From positions 4,528,001 to 4,592,000 of the forward strand of contig NC_087245.1 of NCBI RefSeq assembly GCF_037042905.1: DNA of 64,000 nt, in the 5' to 3' direction. How positions within the stretch are numbered: the first letter of the stretch is position 1; every line of letters starts with the position of its first letter. The stretch is from Lytechinus pictus (Eukaryota). Below are positions 52,360 to 61,559 of this stretch, one piece after another. The position numbers were made by a program, and so were the translations under genes. The notes beneath the pieces were generated by a model. That model saw nothing but the letters and a program-made list of their open reading frames with translations, was not told the origin of the DNA and ran no database searches.

Positions 52360-53314
52360 ACTTGTAAGCTACAGTGAACACTTTTTGCGAGAGTGATCAC
52401 GAATTTCGTAGAAAGCTAGTGAACACTTTTTGCGAGAGTGATCACAAATTTCCTTGTTGACCATAGTAGATTGCGAGACAAATGAATACCCTCTGGCGAT
52501 TATTTCAGTCCGCAATAATGAACCTGTTTAGTATTAGATCTAAATAATGTTTGTGCCCAAAACACAAAATTTTGCACAATTTGCAAGAGAAAACAGAGGA
52601 AGAAAACTCTGTTTGAGGCCTCTTTTCAAGCCTGAAATTCACCTACATGTATTTATCCAAATATTTTATTCAAAAGAAATAACCAATATAAAAGAGTAAC
52701 GTTTACTCTTTCCTATGGTACAAAAATAATCAATTTCACTCAAGGAAAAAAATTGTTAAATTCTTTGAGAAAAAAGTATCCCAATTCATGAGATTTTGTA
52801 GGGATATGAATTCAGCCACGAGAGAACTTGGATAAATCTTGCTCATTTGCTCATTAACATAGGGGCTTGCAGACTGACTGATTAGATCTACTTTTTACAA
52901 AATCTGATCTGGCAGATCATTGATGTATGGCAGTGAGTCCAAACTTCGCATGTGTCCATGCTTCGCGGACGGTCATTATCTCAAAAAGTATTCAATATCT
53001 TTAAATCTGACACCACCTAAAATTACCCTCTAGCATAAGTTTCTTTAGGATGAGTTAGGTAGGACAAAAACAAACAGCATTTCTACTAAAAAGCATTACA
53101 TTAACTAGACCAAAAGCTTCAGTCTCTGTATTTTGGTTGTTCCGCTGAACTACGTTGGCTCCACTCACCATACATAGACTGAAGGGGATGGGGCCCCGTA
53201 CCTACAGCCAACGTATAGTGAACTAGCGTTTTATAGATCGCGATTTAAAACTGTTTTTTAAGCAAAATTGAAAGTTTCATGGTTTCCATTATCAGGGAAA
53301 TATAAATTGCATAC

Positions 53315-53430
53315 CTTGGGCCGGAGTTATTGAAAAAAATCCTCTGGATGATTGAGAAATCTGTCATCTAAGACATTTTCACCTGACCTGACGGTTTTTC
53401 TTGCAAGTTGCCATCTTGAATGACGTCATT
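53315..53430 (-). promoter_or_regulatory. Candidate KYNU promoter and non-coding first exon
   Basis: Perfect CRE TGACGTCA (53421-53428) abuts a YY1-like CAAGATGGC on the minus strand (53410-53418), followed by donor-like AG|GTATGC at 53315/53314. The first coding exon has a splice acceptor, so an upstream exon is required. Linking this site to KYNU is inference. Confidence 0.45.
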
Positions 53431-55099
53431 ATCGTTATTAACTTAATGTCTCGAATCGATAAATCGCGATTATAACTAGTACTAGTACTAGTATAACTAG
53501 TATCGTTTATCTTCGGTTTCGTTCGCATATGGAGCAGATCGTATAATATCGAAAGCAATATCGATATCACATTCGTGATTGTTGACGTTCGTTTGTAAAT
53601 ATTTTATAGTTTGGCTGCTATTTTGACCATTTTTATCGTGTTCAACCCAATTAAACATCGGTAAAGTATATTTTTCATGCCTTTTTCATCTATATCGTTT
53701 AAAGTATTTAAATATTGGAATATCAAGTTTTAAAAGTTTGTTGTTTATACATCCTTAGATTGTAAATTCGATGTGTAAAATTACATCAAACTTTGGACTG
53801 TGAATTGACAAAAGGGAGGGAATGAGAACACATGCAAGCCCACACGTACACCCTACCGTCGGTAAATGGGGATTACAGTAAAATGTCAGAAATTGTTGAA
53901 TAAATCCCCAGAAACGACGGTTATTCCTGTCTATACATTAACATATTCTTTATTAGCATTAATATCACAGACATTGCTCAAAATTTACCTCAAAATTTCC
54001 TAAATAGTGAAAAATATAGCTTAAATATTCCATAAAATCATGTATGCATGTTGGTCCATCCCTATAATATGCTATACTGGGCTAGTCGCTAAAAATAGGA
54101 ATTTTAAAGTCTTAAGTTTATGCTGACCTAGAACTGTATGAGCCTCTGAGAGGAGCCATGGAAACGTGTCACATCAATAGATAATCAACTTGGCTGCCAG
54201 AAAATGTGAAGATGTCGCTAAGGTTAAATTCTATTTTCTACGTTGTTCACACAAAATATAGAAAGAAAATTTGAGGCCAACTCACCTATTGACTTTTTGG
54301 ACACATATCTACAGCACAAATATAGTGCATAGCCTAGCCTGGACGAGTTCAATATTCATGAAAATATTGACAAAAGATTAGCAAATTTGTCAGCGTTAAC
54401 GCCCGTTCTGAAAACTTCTAAACAGGCACCACAATATCATCATTTTCCAAGCAGAAATCATAAAAAATGTGTCAGAGTTAAACATGTTACTGATCGATTC
54501 TAGAGCAATTGCCGTCCATCTGAAATAAATGTTTCAGGCTTGAGCTTGAGTTTGTTTAAATCTCCACAAAACTTTGGTCCGTGAAGTGATCATAAGTTAG
54601 ACCTTGATCCAGATTAGACAGCTGGCAGTCATTTGTTTTGAGTTTTTAACATTTTAAATTTTGTTTCTCCTCGTTCACAGACGGCTCGCGGGGAGCACTC
54701 GCCAAGTTCTCTCCTACCCCCGTCTCGATCGGCCATTTTTGTTATAAATCGTAACAAAATGGCCGATCGAGACTGTGGTAAAAGGAGAGAACTTTTCGTT
54801 TTTTTGAAGTTCCAGTTTGTGCCCAGATGTCAGGAAACTGCCACTCGTTAGACCTTCATCCATATAATCGTGGTAAATGCATAATTTCTGTTTTCACAAT
54901 TCATTTGGAGAAATATTTAGACCATAAATCACCCTTGTCCCATGAGTATGGTCAAATACACGGTAAGCCCCTGGGTTACTGCCTGGTAAGCCTCCTGCCC
55001 TGGCTACCCCCACTCACACACACTAGTATCAGTATCATAATTCATAATATCATGACTATTGCGAGGTTAGTGGCTACCACATCCCCCCCCCGTCCTTCT

Positions 55100-55215
55100 T
55101 AGCCAGGAGGCTTCTTGAGAGTAAAAATCATTTACTAACGTATGCTTACTTCATTGAGAGTAAGCATACGTCAGTTAATGATTTTTACTCTCAAGAAGCC
55201 TCCTGGGCCTGGCTA
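55100..55215. mobile_element. Small palindromic MITE, ~8-bp TSD
   Basis: TAGCCAGGAGGCTTCTTGAGAGTAAAAATCATT is inverted at the right end. Flanks GTCCTTCT / GTCCTTCC. Confidence 0.72.
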
Positions 55216-55657
55216 GTCCTTCCGCGATTCCGCATGGTAGATCTTACGGCACACTTACTGCGGCAGCCCGAACACGTACCGGTACTACGGCACACAAACC
55301 TCGCACTGCCCGTTGGCTTGGCCGGAGCTTCAGATCAGCGAGACGGCGCGGCGAGCAGGCAAGTGCAAGTTTACATGACTGACTCTTTGGAGTAAGCACC
55401 TTAAAGTTAACTTATGATACCTACCGGTATTTCACTATTTGCTTTTGAATTGAGTGGGTTTTTATCTACGTCATCAAATCACATTTTAATTTAATTGAAA
55501 CAGCAATATCATGACACAAACTTACCGCCTGTGCTTACTAGCAAAGATAGTGCAGGGATATGGATCGAAGCAAAGATATCGGACACAATTAACCATCCCA
55601 CTTGCTCATTTGATAACGCCATCTTCGGCGGCGCGGCATGCATGTTAGACGATTTAA

Positions 55658-56596
55658 GGACGTTCCACAGTTAAAGTGAAATCCATGTCATTTTTACCAA
55701 ACTTTGCACATAGATACTTTAGAACCTTAATATTCGAAATATGCAAAAATTAACATAGGTCCATGTGCTTGATTTTTTGCTATAGAGCTTCAAAGTTCAC
55801 CCAAATTGATGTTCTTAAGAATTGCGCATTCAAAAGAATTTGGCATTTTTAGACCGCCCAAGATTACTACAATGAATTTAAACCTCCATTACTCAGTCAA
55901 AATACATGAAAAAGTCATCAAATTTCGCAAGAGAGTTAATAATTGTATCGTTAGAATGGAGAATCTATTAATAGTGCTATTTGTTTGCAATTTTAAGTTT
56001 AACAGCACTGTCAGTTCTTAAAAATGGCGTAAAAGATAACAAAATCCCAATCTAAAAAATGTAAAATTTCAGTTACAAACTACAAACGTACAATAAATGC
56101 TGCACTTTATTCAAAATCCATGTCATTTTCACCAAAATTTGCAAAGTTGTAGAGGAAGGTATACCTAAGAGGTACAAATATTAAAAAATATGGGTTCATG
56201 TGCTTGTTTTTAAACTATCAGCATTTTTATTAGAGCAAATGTGCTTTTCAAAACACCCAAAATGGGCCGAATGCTTAGTATCTATTTGAAGAAAAAATCA
56301 AAACCACTCTACCATTTATTCAAACTCGGGGTAATATTCGTGATTCTTGGCAGCACTGCAGAGTAAAGTATTTTGAAATTATAGAGAATATTTTTTTGAA
56401 TGGTCCATGGAATAATTCAATTTTTTAGCTTCATGAAATAACGCATCGGATCTGCAGTTAAAGTGCAGAAGATGAGAAAAATCAGCTCATACCCGCAGCT
56501 AATTAATCACCTGTTCATCCATTGTGACGTCAGCGCGCAGAGTGTAAACTATGCGCAGATCATAATGCGCACAAATATAACTGTGATGGAACGTCC
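55658..56596. mobile_element. Kolobok-like non-autonomous element
   Basis: TTAA|GGACGTTCCACAGTTA ... TAACTGTGATGGAACGTCC|TTCA. Confidence 0.65.
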
Positions 56597-57186
56597 TTCA
56601 TTTGCAGAATACAGAAACTAGACTCTAGAGTCTAGAATAGAGTTTAGATTGCACGCTCTTTTTTACGTTCTAGTGATTGATTGCTGGACGATAAGGACTA
56701 AGATCTGGACTGTAGCTGAGTCAGTAGCAAATAAGTTATAGTGAGTATCAAGAGTCAGATATGTAATTTCTGTAGCCGTATTGACAACGGTCACTAGTCA
56801 GTCTAGTCTATATTATACTATAGTGGGCGTTCATGTAGCTCCCGTGCAATTCGAAAGTGTTTATCACAAAATTGTGATATCGCCGATTAGGCGTGTGTGG
56901 ACAAGAATTGCATGCGTGAGTATACGTAATAGCCGTCTGTGTTGCCCCGCTACCCCAAAAAGGCCAAACAAACCTTCTGTATCTGTCCGTTGACATACAA
57001 TCACCACCAGCATCTGGTTGTAGCGTACGCATGTTTGGTTGTTGTTGTTATTTTGAATAGGCAAGCTATTTGTATTATTATTAACTATAAAAAAAAGTAT
57101 AAACTAGTCTAATGTATCATTGTATGGCACCGAGTCCAAGGCAAAGAGGCAGTGGCGCACAGCTAGGATTTTTTTCGGTATTTTAT

Positions 57187-59468
57187 AGATGGCAAATATA
57201 GCGATCTTCAACGCTTATATATAAGCGTCGAAATTTGTAGCCATCTCCTTGTATTAGTCTATAATATACGACGTGTCAAATTGTAGCGAACTAGTTCGCT
57301 ATTTCCAGATCTCCTAAAAGGCTCTATATATATATACGAGGGGGAATTGTAGCGAACTAGTTCGCTATTTTCCAGATCTCCTCTATATATATATATACGA
57401 GGGGGAATTGTAGCGAACTAGTTCGCTATTTTCTAGATCTCCTTTCGGATCTCCTCGATATATATACACGAGGGGGGGAATTGTAGCGAACTAGTTCGCT
57501 ATTTTCCAGATCTCCTCTAGATACATACTACGGGATTTGTAGCGAACTAGTTCGCTATTTTTCGGATTTCCTCTATATATATATACGACGGGAAATTGTA
57601 GCGAACTAGTTCGCTATTTTCCAGATCTCCTCTATATATATATACGACGGGAAATTGTAGCGAACTAGTTCGCTATTTTTCGGATCTCTTCTTTTGTAGC
57701 GAACTAGTTCGCTATTTTTCGGATCTCCTCTATATACGACAGAAAATTGTAGCGAACTAGTTCGCTATTTTTCGGATCTCCTCGATATATACACGAGGGG
57801 GAATTGTAGCGAACTAGTTCGCTATTTTCCAGATCTCCTCTAGATACATACTACGGGATTTGTTCGCTATTTTTCGGATTTCCTCTCCCTATATATACGA
57901 CGGGAAATCATAGCGAACTAGTTCGCTATTTTCCAGATCTCCTCTTTATATATATACGACGGGAAATTATAGCGAACTAGTTCGCTATTTTTCGGATCTC
58001 TTCTTTTGTAGCGAACTAGTTCGCTATTTTTTGGATCTCCTCTTTATATATACGACGGAAAATTGTAGCGAACTAGTTTGCTATTTTTCGGATCTCCTCT
58101 ATAAAATTTTATACACGAGGAGGAATTAGTGAACTAGTTCGCTATTTTTCTAATCTTTATATATACAAGAGACGGAATTGTAGCGAACTAGTTCGCTACA
58201 ATTCCCCCTCGTGTATATAATTTTATAGAGGAGATCCGAAAAGTAGCGAACTAGTTAGCTACAAATCCCGTCGTATGGATATAGAGGAGATCTGGAAAAT
58301 AGCGAACTGGTTCGCTACAATTCCCCCTCGTATATATATATAGAGGAGATCTGGAAAATAGCGAACTAGTCTGCTACAATTTGACAATATGGCATCAATA
58401 TATACAGCCAAAACCTGCAGATTTTCACTTTGAAGCCTTCACAATAATGTAAGCTTTGGAAAAAATGACAACTAGTTCGCTACAATTTCCCCCTCGTGTA
58501 TATGAAGAGATCAGAAAAATTGCCAACTAGTTCGCTACAGTTTGCCATGTTTATATTTTAGAGAGGAGATGAGAAATGGCGAACTAGTTTGCAACAATTT
58601 CCTGTCGTATACATGTAGAGGAGATCCGAAAAATAGCGAACTAGTTTGCTACAATTCCCCCCTGGTGTATATATAGAGGAGATCAAAAAAATAGCGAACT
58701 AGTTCGCTACAATGCCCCCTCGTATATAGTTCGCTACAAATCCCGTCGTATGTATATAGAGGAGATCTGGAAAAATAAAAAAATAGCGAACTAGTTCGCT
58801 ACAATTCCCCCTCGTGTACATATCGAGGAGATCCGAAAAATAGCGAACTAGTTCGCTACAAATCCCGTAGTATGTATATAGAGGAGATCTGGAAAATAGC
58901 GAACTAGTTCGCTACAATTCCCCTTGTGTATATATCGAGGAGATCCGAAAAATAGCGAACTAGTTCGCTACAATTTCCCGTCGTTTGTATATAGAGGAGA
59001 TCTGGAAAATAGCGAACTAGTTCGCTACAATTCCCCTCGTGTATATATCGAGGAGATCCGAAAAATAGCGAACTAGTTCGCTACAATTCCCCTTGTGTAT
59101 ATATCGAGGAGATCCGAAAAATAGCGAACTAGTTCGCTACAATTTCCCGTCGTTTGTATATAGAGGAGATCTGGAAAATAGCGAACTAGTTCGCTACAAT
59201 TCCCCTCGTGTATATATCGAGGAGATCCGAAAAATAGCGAACTAGTTCGCTACAATTTCCCGTCGTTTGTATATAGAGGAGATCTGGAAAATAGCGAACT
59301 AGTTCGCTACAATTCCCCCTCGTATATATATATATATAGAGGAGATCTGGAAATGGCGAACTAGTTCGCTACAATTTGACACGTCGTATATTATAGACTA
59401 ATACAAGGAGATGGCTACAAATTTCGACGCTTATATATAAGCGTTGAAGATCGCTATATTTGCCATCT
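57187..59468. mobile_element. Foldback element: ~110-bp near-perfect TIRs enclosing about 35 repeats (~55-60 bp) with palindromic core TAGCGAACTAGTTCGCTA
   Basis: AGATGGCAAATATAGCGATCTTCAACGCTTATATATAAGCGTCG... is exactly inverted at the right end, with TAT on both flanks. Repeat orientation flips at a 32-bp perfect palindrome (58174-58205). Confidence 0.92.
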
Positions 59469-61508
59469 TATTATTTCCCGATTTTTTTCCTGGGCTGGAT
59501 CTGGGCTGGGGAGACACCGGGGGGTCCTTGCTTTTTCAAGGGGGCACCATTTTTTCTGTGTGTGTATGTGTCACAAGGGTGGATCCACTCGTCATCCCCG
59601 ACCATTCACCATACAGCAAAAGGTAGGGGATGGGACTGTGTTTAGGCCTGCTTCCTGGCAATTTTTTAACTTCTTCTTCTTCTGGAAACAGTACAGTCCA
59701 CCGTCTGGTGTATTGTCGTACTTATGACTAAAAGAGTAAAAGAGTTGGACTTATGACTAAAAGAGTAAAAGAGTTGGACTTACCAATGATTGTCAAGAAC
59801 CAAACGAAGATTTTGGTTCCACTGTAGGAGTGTAGCTCTGTTGTAACTTCACATCCAAGAAATATTATCCCTTCTATGATTTCTTTCGAAATCGTATAAA
59901 ATTGTCAGGAAATTCTTCTTTATCCTCGTCTGTCCATAGAATCCTATGAAGAGTGCCGTAACGCCCTCTTGTGCTGAATAAAAGAAAGCTAATGGGAGCG
60001 CGACCACAGAGCTGGATTATTCATGCTTCTGATCAATACCCGTTTCCAGTGAAGCCTGTTCCTGCGAAAGTAGTCTTTTTATCACCTGACACTAAAATTT
60101 TTTTTCTCACTATTTTTGTATATCAGAATTATATTTTTGTCACAGGTGGCGGAAGCGGGGGGGGGGGGGGGGTGGGGGGGGGTAAGAGGGGACACGTCCC
60201 CCTAAATTTTAGATAGAGGGAAAAGTTCCCCCTAAAAAAGAAAAAGAAAAAAAGACTGAGGAAGAAAGAAAGAAAAAAGAATGGAGGAAAGGAAGGAAGG
60301 AAGCAAGCAAGCGATTTTCGTCAGAAAAAAAAAATACAAGCAAAAAAAAAAAAAAATCGCATCCAAATGGAGGGGATTTCGGTCAAATATTTGAACCTTA
60401 TTTCCAGAAAAATCTTAGCTATAATTGACAGGGCCCTGGGAAATGGGGGCGCTCAATTAAATATGCAAAGCCAAAAAATTATTCCAGATAAATTTGAAAA
60501 GCAAAGGGAAAAAATCCAGAAGGGACACAGCTTTAGAGTGTGGCAAATATTTCTTAGTAAAATTCAATATCAAGAAAATTTCGTTCCCTTTTCATAAGAA
60601 TCTTAAATAGTAATAGAACATAGCATAATATATTACACTTTTCCTTTCCTTTTCTTTCTTTCACATTTTTTTTATTTCTTGGTCGTATCCTATAGCCTTT
60701 CCATTCTACCATTATTCCCGTTTCTCCTCTTTTTGAATTATAGATTCCATTTTGCTATCTCTTAATTCTTTCCCCTTTGTCACTCATTTATTAGCATTTC
60801 GGGATGAGTTTCTCACATTATGTTCTCCTTTCCTTCCTTTTCACTCTTTCCTCGCGTTGGACTTTTTATATCTATATTCTTTCTTTCCCTTCATCTACTT
60901 CTCTTTTACCCTTTCCATTTTTCTTTCTTGCCCCCCCCCCCCTCAAGTTCTTTTTCTTCTCATTCTTTCCCTTTCTCTCTTCTCCTTTTCCCCTTTTCCA
61001 TTTTTAAAATGTCATTTACACTGTTTTATTCTTTAAATATGTTTATCGAGACGAAACAAGATTGCCAATTTGTCTTGCTAGAGGCTATCGAGACTTCCTT
61101 ACCAGAATGCATCACGAGCTGAGATTCGTCCAAACGGGTGGATAAACCTCTCTGGTTTTGTGAGATTTTTTTTCTTTTTCGATTTGTCACTGTTGAACAC
61201 CATAGTAGCAACCCAGAGGATCAATCGGTATGATTGCATCTTTGAAAGGGCAGGGCAAGCGCAACTAGTTGGAACTGAGCTGAAGATAGCGGTTTGTTTT
61301 TGGTGAAGATTTGTTTATATGCCATTTTGACAAGAGTTACGACAAACTTTTGTACATACCATAATTATCCTTTTTCATATTAGAAGGATACACAAGAATA
61401 ATATTTCATATATGTATACATCATGATGTGGAAGAGGTTCATCGTGGTGAAGGATTGAGTAGAAGAAATTAACCAGTTGTCTCACTATGTAGCAAACGTA
61501 GTGTGAAA

Positions 61509-61546
61509 GCGACGTTTCGTCTGCAAGCTGCTAGACTTCGTCAGGC
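61509..61546 (-). ncRNA. Minimal hammerhead ribozyme motif (probable PLE pLTR remnant)
   Basis: Minus strand GC-CTGACGA-AGTCTAGCAGCTTGCAGAC-GAAA-CGTC-GC: canonical CUGANGA and GAAA cores, stem II GTCT/AGAC, GUC cleavage triplet. Stem I is only about 2 bp. Confidence 0.65.
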
Positions 61547-61559
61547 AATGAGCAAAGAC

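Larger units (their letters stand above)
49852..52505 (-). mobile_element. Penelope-like retroelement (PLE), 5'-truncated with an inverted duplicate of the GIY-YIG/pLTR end
   Basis: Minus strand: RT (QTEGAAMGSPVSAVVANLY, WKKYVDDTF, FLDTLV, VYRKPSHTDQY) then GIY-YIG (GVVYNIPC..SYIGET), both frameshifted. Plus-strand 51521-52505 is an inverted copy of ~49852-50834. Confidence 0.93.
49102..52880. mobile_element. Non-autonomous DNA transposon hosting the Penelope insertion
   Basis: TIR CAGTCAGTCGGCAAGCCC / GGGCTTGCAGACTGACTG. Flanks ATTAGATTA / ATTAGATCT are a possible degenerate 9-bp TSD. Confidence 0.65.

Noticed and set aside
57280..59380. CRISPR-like array of palindromic repeats with intervening sequences
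   Set aside because: The linkers are homologous to each other rather than unique spacers, the orientation flips mid-array, the array is enclosed by TIRs, there are no cas genes, and the context is eukaryotic.
60140..61020. ORFs and possible element in the AG-rich then CT-rich tract
   Set aside because: Low complexity. Only one MITE-like end (CAGGTGGCGGAAGC) was seen, with no matching TIR or TSD.
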